Source of the DNA: Myxococcota bacterium
Lineage (GTDB): Bacteria > Myxococcota_A > SURF-8 > G963663525
Assembly: GCA_963676915.2 (NCBI GenBank)
Contig: CAXXVK010000043.1
Location: forward strand, 160,001-224,000
DNA length: 64,000 nt
Reading direction: 5' to 3'
Below are positions 1 to 9,817 of the stretch, one piece after another. The notes beneath the pieces were generated by a model. That model saw only the letters and a list, made by a program, of their open reading frames with translations. It was not told the DNA's origin and made no database searches. Made by a program: the position numbers and the translations under genes. How positions within the stretch are numbered: the first letter of the stretch is position 1; each line of letters starts with the position of its first letter.

Positions 1-3000
1 GTAGGCGATTTCAGCATCCGCGAAATCGGTGGATCGGGAACGGATATTCAGTTCGAAGTGTCGTTCTGTCGTCCCGATTGCAGTGGGAAAAACTGTGGCG
101 ACGATGGTTGCGGCGGTTCTTGCGGGGAATGCCTGCCCAACTCGGATTGTGTTGCCGGTGTTTGTAGCGATTGCATTCCCGAAGATTGCACGACGCTCGA
201 ATGTGGCAACGACGGCTGCGGTGGTTCCTGCGGGGATTGCGAATCGGGCGAGAACTGTTCGGACGACGGCTTCTGCATCTCGTTCTGTCCTATGGCCGAC
301 CTGGGCAGCGCAATTGGAAACGCTGTGGTGACCGGGAGTACGACCGGTGGCGAGAATCATTTCGAGCCGACCTGTTCTTCCAACAGCTACGCTGCCGATG
401 CGACGTATTCCTGGACGGCGCCGGAGCACGGAATTTTCCTGTTCGATACAAATTCTTCCAGCTACGACACGATTTTGTTGGCCTTGCGGAACGATTGCGA
501 TGGCGAAGAGATCGCTTGTGACGACGATTCGGGAGACGGTTCCCGATCCCAGTTCCAAATGGAGATGCAACAAGGCGAAGTCATCATTCTCGTGATTGAC
601 GGCTATAGCTCGCATACGGGGAGCTACCAGTTGAACATCACGCAGCTTTGTATGCCGGATTGCGAAAACAAGGAATGTGGCGACGACGGTTGCGGTGGCT
701 CTTGTGGCGAATGCCAACCCAACGCGGAATGCATCGACGGTCTTTGCGATGTCTGTGTTCCCTTTGACTGCACGGCAAGAGAATGCGGCGCCGATGGCTG
801 CGGCGGTTCCTGTGGCGATTGCCCGGAAGGGGAAAAATGCTCGGACGACGGCGCGTGTTTCACCTACTGTCCGGTAGATGACCTGGGTAGCCTGACGGGT
901 AACGCCGTCGTAACGGGAACGACATCGGGACGCGACGACGATTTCTCTCCTTCCTGTCAGAATTCCAGCAATGCCGGGGATATTACTTACACCTGGCAGG
1001 CTCCCGAGACGGGAACCTTCGTAATCGATACCGACAATTCCTCGTTTGATACGGTTTTGACGATTTTGTCTCAAAGTTGCTTAGGCGAAGAGTTGGCTTG
1101 CGATGACGATGGGGGAGTAAGTACCCGCTCCAGAATCGAGATCGAACTGACCGAGGGCGATGTCATCGTGATCGTAATCGACGGCTACAGTTCGAACTCT
1201 GGGAGTTTCGTGTTGAATATCACTCCTCCCTGTCACCCGGATTGTGAAGGAAAAGACTGTGGCGACGACGGTTGCGGGGGAACTTGCGGAGAGTGCGAAG
1301 ACGGGTATCTCTGCGACGATAACGGCTTGTGCTCGATCTGTGTGGCCGATTGCGAAGGCAAAACCTGTGGTGACGACGGTTGTGGAGGTTCCTGCGGCGA
1401 ATGCGAAGGTTTCGATGTTTGCGATGACAGCGGCTTGTGTGTGTCTCATTGTCCGATGGAAGATTTGGGAACGGTTTTCGGAGACGCCGTAGCCACGGGC
1501 ACCACGGTTGGAGGGTACAACCTGTTTGCTCCTTCCTGTCAGGACAACAGCAACGCCAACGATGTGAGCTACCTCTGGACGGCTCCCGTAACAGGGCAGT
1601 ACACGATTACGACGGAAGGATCGTCGTTCGATACGGTACTGAGCGTTCTCGATGGAGAGTGCGACGGCGAGGTGCTGGCCTGTGACGACGACAGCGGAAA
1701 CAGCACGAGATCCATGGTGGAACTCTCTGTTGTGCAAGGGCAATCCGTGATTTTTGTAATCGATGCTTATTCCGGGAATTCGGGGAATTACCAACTCAAC
1801 ATCGGGGAGCCTTGTATTCCCGATTGTGATGGAAAAATGTGCGGCGACGACGGTTGCGGAAATTCCTGTGGCGAATGTGGAATTTTCGAAGCTTGCGACG
1901 AAAACGCCCAGTGCGTCGATCGTCCCGTGGCAACCGTGCCGTTCTCTGATAGCTTCGATAGTGACACTTTTAGCGAATACTGGACGACTTCCTCTACCGG
2001 CAATGGTCGAATTCGAATTTCGGGCGAGTACGAACCGTACTCCGATCCGTACCACGTGCTGATGGATTCGGAAGGCTCCAACGCACTCAATGGTTTGGAA
2101 TTGCTGGTCGATCTCTCGCAAAGCTCCGACATTTCGTTGTCGTTCATGCACAAAGCCTTCAACGACGAATCGCATACGATGCCTGCAAGTTTCGAAGGGG
2201 AGAGTTTGACCGACGGCGTAGCTCTCAGCACGGATGGTTTGACCTGGCGACGGCTTGTGGATCTGACGGCGAGCGACATCCCGAACGAGACGTACACCCG
2301 TTTCGAGGTTCATCTCGGTGACTGGGCGACGGCTCAGGGGGTTACGCTGAGCGCCATGACGTTGATTCGTTTCCAGCAGTACGACAACTCGACGATCGAT
2401 GCTGACGGCTTTGCCTTTGATGATGTGGAAATCGATGCGTGTTTCCCGGATTGCACCGGGAAAATCTGCGGTGACGATGGCTGTGGCGGCTCGTGTGGCG
2501 AGTGCGGAGAGTTGGAAATCTGTTCTGCCGACGGATCGAGTTGCGATTCGGCTTGTCCCACCGACGATCTTGGAACGTCGCTCGGTTCTCCGGTCGTAAG
2601 TGGAAGTACGCAGGATATGGGAGACTTTTTCGATCCCTCCTGTTCTTTCTTAGGCGATTCTTCGGAGGTGACGTATCTCTGGCAAGCTCCTGAAAACGGC
2701 TACTATGCTTTTGATACCGAAGGTTCTGCTTTCAATACGATTTTGTCGATGCTGGATTCCGACTGCGCTGGAGAGGAACTCGAATGTTCGATTTCCGGTT
2801 CCATCGACCGTTATTTCGGTGCCGGCGAGCAGGTCGTGATCGTAATCGATGGGGATATGGGCCAGTCGGGCGAGTTTAATCTGAATATCGAACTGACCTG
2901 TGTCCCGGATTGCGATGGAAAACAGTGCGGCGACAATGGCTGTGGAGAATCCTGCGGCGAATGCACCATGTTCGAAACTTGTTCGAGCGAAGGTCTTTGC

Positions 3001-6000
3001 GAGTCGAGAGAAGCCGCCGGTTTCCCCTTCCTTGAAGAGTTTGAGGATGTAGAGTTCGCTCCGTATTGGAGTCAATATTCCACATCAGGCGGTAACATCA
3101 GGCTTTCCAGCTACAACGAACCCCAGGGCGGTACTCAGCATGTGTTGATGGATGCCAGTGGCTCCAACGCTCTAAATGAACTGACGCTGCTTGCGGACCT
3201 TTCCGGGCAGGACAACATCATGCTTTCGTTCTGGCACAAGCACTTCAGTGACGAGAGCCACGTCATGCCCGATCAATTCGAGGGTCACGATTATTCGGAC
3301 GGTGTGGCATTGAGCGTCGATGGCGAGACGTGGTACAAAATCAAGGGATTGGATGCAAGTGAAGGCATTTCGGGAACATATAAGGAATTCCGTGTCGATA
3401 TCGCTGAAGCTCTGACTTTGCTGGGGCTGGAGGCGAGTGAGCAGACGTTGATCAAATTCCAGCAATACGACAATGCCGCGATCTTATCCGATGGCTTCGC
3501 GTTCGATACGATTGCTTTGGAGCCATGCATTCACGATTGTACCGGGAAAATCTGCGGTGACGATGGTTGTGGCGGTTCCTGCGGCGAATGCGATGGATTT
3601 ACGGAATGTTCCGACGACGGAACGGCTTGCGTGTCCTATTGTCCGCTGGTCGATATTCGGGTCGAAACGGGGCAGGCTATCGCCACAGGCAGCACGGTAG
3701 GTTTCGGTAATTACTTCACGCCTTCTTGTTCCTATTCCAGCGCAGCTTCCGAAGTGACTTTCCTTTGGTCTGCACCCCAAAACGGAACCTATCGGATCGA
3801 CACGACCGGTTCGTCGTTCGATACGGTGCTGTACCTGCTGGAGGGATCCTGCGGTGGGGAAGAGTTGGCTTGCGACGACGACGACGGCAGCATCCGCACC
3901 TCGACCATCGAGCGAAACATGGTGGCGGATGAGACCGTTGTCATCGTGATCGATGGTTATGGGTCGGCGGACGGAGATTTCCTGCTCAATATCGAACAGA
4001 CCTGCTTCCCCGCTTGTAACGGTTTGCAGTGCGGCGATGACGGTTGCGGTGGTTCCTGCGGCGAGTGCGATTCGGGAACGATCTGCGACGACAATGGGCA
4101 GTGTGTAGGTTGCATCCCTGATTGCAACGGCAAGGAATGCGGCGACGATGGTTGCAGCGGAAGTTGCGGTACCTGTGAGTACAACGAAGAGTGTTCCGAC
4201 GCGGGACTTTGCGAGGAATTCTGTCCTTTGGGGGACTTGGGAAGCCTCGTGGGCGAGTCGATAGCGACCGGAAACACGGCCGGAAACGGAGATCACTTCA
4301 GGGCGTCCTGCAACGTTCAAACGAGCACGGCCCCGGAGGAAACGTTGCTCTGGACGGCTCCGGCTACAGGGATTTATACCATTTCCACCACGGGTTCGGA
4401 TTTCGATACGGTGCTTGCGGTGCTCGACGGCGAATGCGCAGGTGATGAGCTAGCGTGCAACGATTTCGTTGGTTCGGATTACTTCCCCTCTATCGTTGAC
4501 GTAACGGTTACCGAGGGGCAGGTTCTAACCATCGTGATAGATGGATACGGAACCAATAGCGGCAACTACGTACTGAACATCGAACAGTCCTGTATTCCTA
4601 GTTGCGACGGTAAACAGTGTGGTGATGACGGTTGTGGCGGCTCCTGTGGGGACTGCGGAACCGACGGTATCTTCTGTAACGGTGAGGAATCTTGCAGCGA
4701 TGAAGGGTTGTGCGTCCATTCCGGCGATCCATGTCAGGACGGCGATGCTTGCAACAGCCAGTGCAACGAGATGGAACAGACCTGCTTCTCTGCGCTCGAT
4801 ACGGTTTGCGATGACAACCTGTATTGCAACGGCGAAGACACCTGCGACGGTCAGGGGCACTGTACCGTGCATGCGGGAGATCCCTGTGAAGGCGGCGATG
4901 CCTGCAACAATTCCTGTAACGAAGCGGATCAAAACTGTTTCTCGGCTGCTTCTACATCCTGCAATGACGATCTGTTCTGCAATGGTGAGGATACCTGCGA
5001 CGGTCAGGGTGGTTGCACGGTGCATGTAGGCGATCCCTGTGTGGGTGGCGAGATGTGTAACGACACTTGCAACGAGCAACGTGATAGTTGCCAAAACCCC
5101 AATGGAAGCGGTTGCAACGACGGGCTGTTCTGTACCTTGCACGATGCCTGTATTCAGGGGGAATGTCGTGGGGCGGGAAGTCCATGCAACGATGGTGTCA
5201 ACTGCACGAACGATATCTGCGAGGAAAGCACCGATTCCTGTCGTTTCGAGCCGGACGACACCGTGTGTCTGGACGGCCTGTATTGCAACGGAGAGGAATT
5301 CTGCGACGTAAGCAACGGTTGTTTAAACGGTACGGCCCCGGATGTCGATGACGGAATTGACTGTACGGAAGATCAATGCTTGGAGGGGAATAATCTGTCG
5401 GACAATATTGGTGAAATCAGGCATCAGCCATGGAACCAACGTTGCGATGACGGATCGCTCTGCACAGAGGATATCTGCGACGCAGACAGCGGGTGCAGAT
5501 GGTCGCCGGATAACGAGGGACAGGTTTGCACGACGGCTTCGAACCTTGAAGGTTCGTGCGAAAACGGCATCTGTGTGCCGGATTGCACCCAGAACGAGGA
5601 TTGCAACGACGGCATCGAATGTACGCAGGATGTCTGTGATCTGTCGATCGGAAAATGCACCTATCGCGCCATGGACAACCGTTGCGATGACGACAACGAT
5701 TGTACCGACGATTCCTGCAACCCGACGCAGGGCTGCATTTTCGACAAAGACGATACCAATGCATGTGACGACGGGTTGTTCTGCACGGCGATCGATTATT
5801 GCAGCGACGGTTCGTGCATGGGCGAAGGGAATCCCTGTAACGACACCGTGAATTGCACGGTGGATTCGTGCCTGGAAGATAGTGACACCTGCCGGTTCAC
5901 GCCTGACGATGCCGCTTGTGACGATACCAACATTTGTACGGCGGATGTATGCGATGCCGACTTGGGATGCCAGTACTCGCCGGATCAGGAAGACGAGACC

Positions 6001-8877
6001 TGCACCAATGCTTCGGGTAACGCCGGAACCTGCACCCAGGGTATTTGTATCGTCGAGTGCACGAACGACGCGGATTGCAACGACGGCATTGCCTGTACGT
6101 TGGAGCGCTGCGAACCGTCTTCCGGTAAATGCGTGGTACGCGCCTACGACAACCTTTGCGACGACGACAACCCCTGTACCGATAACGTTTGCAGTACCAC
6201 CGAAGGGTGCCGTTTCATTGCGAACGATACCCTTACATGCGACGATGACGCGTTTTGTACGGTTTCGGATCGTTGTGTTGGTGGTGAGTGTGTAGGTGAA
6301 ATAAACGATTGCAACGATGGCATCGATTGCACGGTGGATCGATGCGACGAACAGGCCGACATCTGCAATCACTTGACCGACGATTCGGCTTGCGATGACG
6401 GGTCCATTTGTACAGCGGATAGCTGCCAGGAAGACTCCGGTTGCCAGTATGAGCCGGACCACGAACAAGCATCCTGCCTCACATCGTCAGGGATGGTGGG
6501 TGCCTGCGAAAGCGGTTTGTGCATCCCCGAGTGCGAAAATGACGGAGATTGCTCGGACGGCATCGGTTGCACGAACGACCGTTGCGACATGACGACGGGA
6601 ACCTGCATTTTCGAAGCTGTCGATGCATTGTGCGACGACTCGAACCCATGCACCTCGGATAGCTGCTCGCCCTTCGTAGGTTGTCAGCGGACTTTCGATG
6701 ATACGGCCACCTGCGATGATGGTAATTTCTGCACGGCGAACGACCGTTGCGAGGCTGGGAACTGTATCGGAAGCGGATCGCCTTGTAACGATGGTATTGC
6801 TTGCACTGTGGATCGTTGCAACGAGCAAGCTGACACCTGCATGTTCGATCCCCGTGATTCCCTCTGTGATGATGGGAACTTCTGTACGGTGGATAGCTGT
6901 GACGATCAGCAAGGATGTCTGAATCCTGCGACGAACGAAGGTCTGGACTGTACGACTGGTCTGAATCAGTCCGGTACGTGTTTCTCCGGGGTTTGTACGG
7001 TGGAATGTGTCAGCCACAGCGATTGCGACGACTTCCTGGAATGCACCCTGGACTACTGTGACGACATCACGAATCTTTGTATGCACAGGACGAGAGACGC
7101 ACTATGCAACGACAACAATCCCTGTACAGACGATTTTTGCGATGCCACCGTGGGATGTCAGGCCGTTGAAGACGATACAAACGTTTGTGACGACGGCCTG
7201 TTCTGTACCGATGTCGATAGCTGTTCGAACGGGAATTGCATAGGCCAGACACGAGATTGTGACGATCATGTGTCGTGCACCATCGATGCCTGCGACGAGA
7301 ACGCGAATCTCTGTACGCACCAGTCTCAGGACAGTCTTTGCAACGATAACAACCCCTGCACCGATGATTTCTGTGACGAAGCATTGGATTGCCAGGCGGT
7401 CGAAGACGATACAAACACTTGTAACGACGGTCTGTTCTGCACCGTCTCCGATTATTGCCAAAACGGAAATTGTATCGGCGACGAGCGTAATTGCTCGACT
7501 TTCGAAGACGAGTGCAATTGGGGTGTTTGTGACGAAAACGACCGATCCTGTGCAAGTTTGCCCAAGGATGACAACACCTCCTGCAACGATGGAGAGTTCT
7601 GCACCGAAACCGATGTCTGTCTCTCCGGTGTATGTACGGGAACGGCGGAGCGAGATTGCTCGGCCTTCGATGGCGAGTGCACCGTCGGAGCTTGTGACGA
7701 AATGCTGGATCAGTGTTTCGCCGATCCGGTAATGGATCTCACACCTTGTAGCGATGGCGTGTTCTGTACGGTAGAGGATCACTGCGAGGACGGGATTTGT
7801 GTGGGCGACGACATGGATTGCAGTGATTTGGATGCGGCTTGTACGGTCGGTGCTTGTGACGAAACGCAAATGGAATGCTATGCTCAAAGCCTCCCGGACG
7901 GTGTCGGATGTACGGATGAAAGCCTATGTACCGTAAATGATTCCTGTCTGAACGGAGTGTGCACGGGTGAAGTCATCGATTGCAGCGACGACGATCCCTG
8001 CACCGAGGATCTGTGTCTGCCGGAGAGCGGTTGCGATTATCCGACGATGAACGATTGGAGCGATTGTAGCGAAGACGGCGCTCCATCATCGGCGTGTTTC
8101 GAGGGAACTTGTGAGGTTTTGGCCGAAAACGACCGTTGCGAGGATGCCACGGAGTTGGTGGAAGATCAGGCCGTCGTGCTGTCGATGACCGGCTATCACG
8201 CTTCACGCTTGGTAGAGCCGCCTTGTGTGTCGGACACCCTCACTCGAAACGATGCCTATTACAGGATTTCCACAGAATTGGCGCGATATTACGACGTAAC
8301 GGTAGAAACCACATCGGCTGTCGATCTGACGGTTGTGGCTTGGAGCGATTGTGGCGAAGATGCCGTGTGCCTCGGTTCGGTAGAGAGAACGTCGTTTACG
8401 GGAATGGAAATACTGACGCAACTTGAAGGTGCAGATGGTGAAATTATCCTTCAGGTGTTGGTGGAGCCGAGCGATGGTTCTGACGAGGTGGAAGACATCA
8501 CGATCACGGTTAACGGCTACTACCTGTTCGATGGTGGGGACGAGGATCTCACGGAAGGAGATGACGATTTCGATACCGACATCTTGGAAAGCGATAACGA
8601 TATCGTCGATGACGCCGACGCGGACACCGATGCAAACGATAGCGACATGACTGACGATGCCGAGGGTTCGGAAGACGATACGGACGCCGTGGCTCCTGGT
8701 GACGAGGATGATATTTACCCGAACGCGGATGTCGACATCAGCGGCGAGGAAATTACACGGTTCTCCATCGGTTCCGGTGGTTGCCGTTCGACCGAAACCG
8801 GGTCGTTTACGGGAATCGTTCTCGCTTTTATCGGTTTGTTGTGGATTGCGGTTCGCCGTCGTCGCCAGGGAAATTGA
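1..8877 (+). CDS. Giant Cys-rich modular surface protein with MYXO-CTERM-like C-terminal anchor (5' truncated by window edge)
   Basis: Frame is open from base 1 (VGDFSIREIGGSGTDIQFEVSFC...). It contains 13 CxPDCxGKxCGDDGCGGSCGxC repeats, 6 PPC-like domains (DTxGSSFDTVL...ELACDDD), 2 beta-sandwich domains (FQQYDN..DGFAFD), a long CDDGxxCTxDxC array and an acidic linker, and ends GGCRS-hydrophobic helix-RRRR. Confidence 0.9.
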   Translation, partial: VGDFSIREIGGSGTDIQFEVSFCRPDCSGKNCGDDGCGGSCGECLPNSDCVAGVCSDCIPEDCTTLECGNDGCGGSCGDCESGENCSDDGFCISFCPMADLGSAIGNAVVTGSTTGGENHFEPTCSSNSYAADATYSWTAPEHGIFLFDTNSSSYDTILLALRNDCDGEEIACDDDSGDGSRSQFQMEMQQGEVIILVIDGYSSHTGSYQLNITQLCMPDCENKECGDDGCGGSCGECQPNAECIDGLCDVCVPFDCTARECGADGCGGSCGDCPEGEKCSDDGACFTYCPVDDLGSLTGNAVVTGTTSGRDDDFSPSCQNSSNAGDITYTWQAPETGTFVIDTDNSSFDTVLTILSQSCLGEELACDDDGGVSTRSRIEIELTEGDVIVIVIDGYSSNSGSFVLNITPPCHPDCEGKDCGDDGCGGTCGECEDGYLCDDNGLCSICVADCEGKTCGDDGCGGSCGECEGFDVCDDSGLCVSHCPMEDLGTVFGDAVATGTTVGGYNLFAPSCQDNSNANDVSYLWTAPVTGQYTITTEGSSFDTVLSVLDGECDGEVLACDDDSGNSTRSMVELSVVQGQSVIFVIDAYSGNSGNYQLNIGEPCIPDCDGKMCGDDGCGNSCGECGIFEACDENAQCVDRPVATVPFSDSFDSDTFSEYWTTSSTGNGRIRISGEYEPYSDPYHVLMDSEGSNALNGLELLVDLSQSSDISLSFMHKAFNDESHTMPASFEGESLTDGVALSTDGLTWRRLVDLTASDIPNETYTRFEVHLGDWATAQGVTLSAMTLIRFQQYDNSTIDADGFAFDDVEIDACFPDCTGKICGDDGCGGSCGECGELEICSADGSSCDSACPTDDLGTSLGSPVVSGSTQDMGDFFDPSCSFLGDSSEVTYLWQAPENGYYAFDTEGSAFNTILSMLDSDCAGEELECSISGSIDRYFGAGEQVVIVIDGDMGQSGEFNLNIELTCVPDCDGKQCGDNGCGESCGECTMFETCSSEGLCESREAAGFPFLEEFEDVEFAPYWSQYSTSGGNIRLSSYNEPQGGTQHVLMDASGSNALNELTLLADLSGQDNIMLSFWHKHFSDESHVMPDQFEGHDYSDGVALSVDGETWYKIKGLDASEGISGTYKEFRVDIAEALTLLGLEASEQTLIKFQQYDNAAILSDGFAFDTIALEPCIHDCTGKICGDDGCGGSCGECDGFTECSDDGTACVSYCPLVDIRVETGQAIATGSTVGFGNYFTPSCSYSSAASEVTFLWSAPQNGTYRIDTTGSSFDTVLYLLEGSCGGEELACDDDDGSIRTSTIERNMVADETVVIVIDGYGSADGDFLLNIEQTCFPACNGLQCGDDGCGGSCGECDSGTICDDNGQCVGCIPDCNGKECGDDGCSGSCGTCEYNEECSDAGLCEEFCPLGDLGSLVGESIATGNTAGNGDHFRASCNVQTSTAPEETLLWTAPATGIYTISTTGSDFDTVLAVLDGECAGDELACNDFVGSDYFPSIVDVTVTEGQVLTIVIDGYGTNSGNYVLNIEQSCIPSCDGKQCGDDGCGGSCGDCGTDGIFCNGEESCSDEGLCVHSGDPCQDGDACNSQCNEMEQTCFSALDTVCDDNLYCNGEDTCDGQGHCTVHAGDPCEGGDACNNSCNEADQNCFSAASTSCNDDLFCNGEDTCDGQGGCTVHVGDPCVGGEMCNDTCNEQRDSCQNPNGSGCNDGLFCTLHDACIQGECRGAGSPCNDGVNCTNDICEESTDSCRFEPDDTVCLDGLYCNGEEFCDVSNGCLNGTAPDVDDGIDCTEDQCLEGNNLSDNIGEIRHQPWNQRCDDGSLCTEDICDADSGCRWSPDNEGQVCTTASNLEGSCENGICVPDCTQNEDCNDGIECTQDVCDLSIGKCTYRAMDNRCDDDNDCTDDSCNPTQGCIFDKDDTNACDDGLFCTAIDYCSDGSCMGEGNPCNDTVNCTVDSCLEDSDTCRFTPDDAACDDTNICTADVCDADLGCQYSPDQEDETCTNASGNAGTCTQGICIVECTNDADCNDGIACTLERCEPSSGKCVVRAYDNLCDDDNPCTDNVCSTTEGCRFIANDTLTCDDDAFCTVSDRCVGGECVGEINDCNDGIDCTVDRCDEQADICNHLTDDSACDDGSICTADSCQEDSGCQYEPDHEQASCLTSSGMVGACESGLCIPECENDGDCSDGIGCTNDRCDMTTGTCIFEAVDALCDDSNPCTSDSCSPFVGCQRTFDDTATCDDGNFCTANDRCEAGNCIGSGSPCNDGIACTVDRCNEQADTCMFDPRDSLCDDGNFCTVDSCDDQQGCLNPATNEGLDCTTGLNQSGTCFSGVCTVECVSHSDCDDFLECTLDYCDDITNLCMHRTRDALCNDNNPCTDDFCDATVGCQAVEDDTNVCDDGLFCTDVDSCSNGNCIGQTRDCDDHVSCTIDACDENANLCTHQSQDSLCNDNNPCTDDFCDEALDCQAVEDDTNTCNDGLFCTVSDYCQNGNCIGDERNCSTFEDECNWGVCDENDRSCASLPKDDNTSCNDGEFCTETDVCLSGVCTGTAERDCSAFDGECTVGACDEMLDQCFADPVMDLTPCSDGVFCTVEDHCEDGICVGDDMDCSDLDAACTVGACDETQMECYAQSLPDGVGCTDESLCTVNDSCLNGVCTGEVIDCSDDDPCTEDLCLPESGCDYPTMNDWSDCSEDGAPSSACFEGTCEVLAENDRCEDATELVEDQAVVLSMTGYHASRLVEPPCVSDTLTRNDAYYRISTELARYYDVTVETTSAVDLTVVAWSDCGEDAVCLGSVERTSFTGMEILTQLEGADGEIILQVLVEPSDGSDEVEDITITVNGYYLFDGGDEDLTEGDDDFDTDILESDNDIVDDADADTDANDSDMTDDAEGSEDDTDAVAPGDEDDIYPNADVDISGEEITRFSIGSGGCRSTETGSFTGIVLAFIGLLWIAVRRRRQGN

Positions 8878-8982
8878 GCAGGAATTTGGACGTTTTGAAG
8901 GAATAATGCACGGTTCGTGAAACCCGAAAAAACAGGGAAACGAACCGGTGCATTTTTCCATGTAAAAAGCGACATCTTTTTC

Positions 8983-9011
8983 TTGCCTCGGAAAAGGAAA
9001 CCGATTAGTAT
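8983..9011 (+). promoter_or_regulatory. Putative sigma70 promoter for tRNA-Leu
   Basis: TTGCCT-N17-TAGTAT about 35 nt upstream of the tRNA. Confidence 0.5.
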
Positions 9012-9045
9012 CCCTCCTGCTTCGCAAGAACGTCACCCAAGATTG

Positions 9046-9133
9046 GCCGGAGTGGCGGAATTGGCAGACGCGATAGACTCAAAATCTGTTGTACTTTACG
9101 TGCGTGTGGGTTCGAGTCCCACCTCCGGCACCA
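9046..9133 (+). tRNA. tRNA-Leu (anticodon CAA)
   Basis: Acceptor stem GCCGGAG/CTCCGGC, D-arm GTGGCGGAATTGGCAGACGC, anticodon loop CTCAAAA, long variable arm, T-arm GTGGGTTCGAGTCCCAC, encoded CCA. Confidence 0.95.
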
Positions 9134-9141
9134 ACTTTTCT

Positions 9142-9540
9142 CTATGAAAACGGCGAGTTAGATAACTCGCCGTTTTCTTGTGCCCAAATAGTGCCCACTT
9201 TGTTCCCATCAAGCAGCTTGACCGCATCGATTCTCGACTCGGGGGAAAGGTGGGCATAGCGTTCCGTCATTGCTTCACTGGGTTTGTTATTGGTTCTGAC
9301 GTGCTTTTGCATCTCTCGCTGAACTCCTTGAACAGTGGTCTTGATTCTTCTGTTTGTTCCTCCTTCTCAGTTTTTCCGAAGTTGTCTTCAAGCAAAGATT
9401 GCTGCACTTCTCTCTCTCTCGTACTTTTCTGCTCCTTTTCTGGTAATGACGGGAGATACAATGCGCACTCGCTTGCTTTTTCCTTCGGCTGTTTTGTACC
9501 GAATATCAATCATCCATTTGTTGTTGCGGCGACGAACAGC
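9142..9540 (-). pseudogene. Tyrosine recombinase/integrase remnant (frameshifted, most of core deleted)
   Basis: Manual minus-strand translation gives VRRRNNKWMIDIRYKTAEGKSKRVRIVSPVITRKGAEKYERE / VQQSLLEDNFGK...PLFKEFSER / HVRTNNKPSE fused directly to MTERYAHLSPESRIDAVKLL (the catalytic Tyr motif). Confidence 0.82.
9146..9177. terminator. Hairpin immediately downstream of the tRNA (probably bidirectional)
   Basis: GAAAACGGCGAGTTA-GA-TAACTCGCCGTTTTC perfect inverted repeat. Confidence 0.7.
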
Positions 9541-9817
9541 TGAGATTTTGACCAAGCAACTTAGAACTGTAAATCTGCATTATGGTGTTGCTATACCGAG
9601 AAATATTTGTACAAACCCGGAAAGAGACGAAATCTATCAAGATTTGTTGTACCAAATAGGAGATTAGCTACCAACACCATATAGTTTTTATAGAGATAAT
9701 GAAACATATGATGATGCTGGCACGTGCGATGTTAAAAAAATTGACAACATTCAATGAATTGATGTAATTTTACTGTTTCAAAAGTTCCATCTAAAAATGC
9801 CTATTGGATAGAAGTCG

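Noticed and set aside
67-4660. Recurring GACGACGGTTGCGG-like DNA repeats as a CRISPR array
   Set aside because: Degenerate at third codon positions, in frame and irregularly spaced, so they are protein repeats; no cas genes in the window
1081-7887. Long minus-strand ORFs opposite the giant gene (e.g. 1081-2313, 5323-6468)
   Set aside because: Antisense shadows of a repetitive, codon-biased gene; no motifs or RBS
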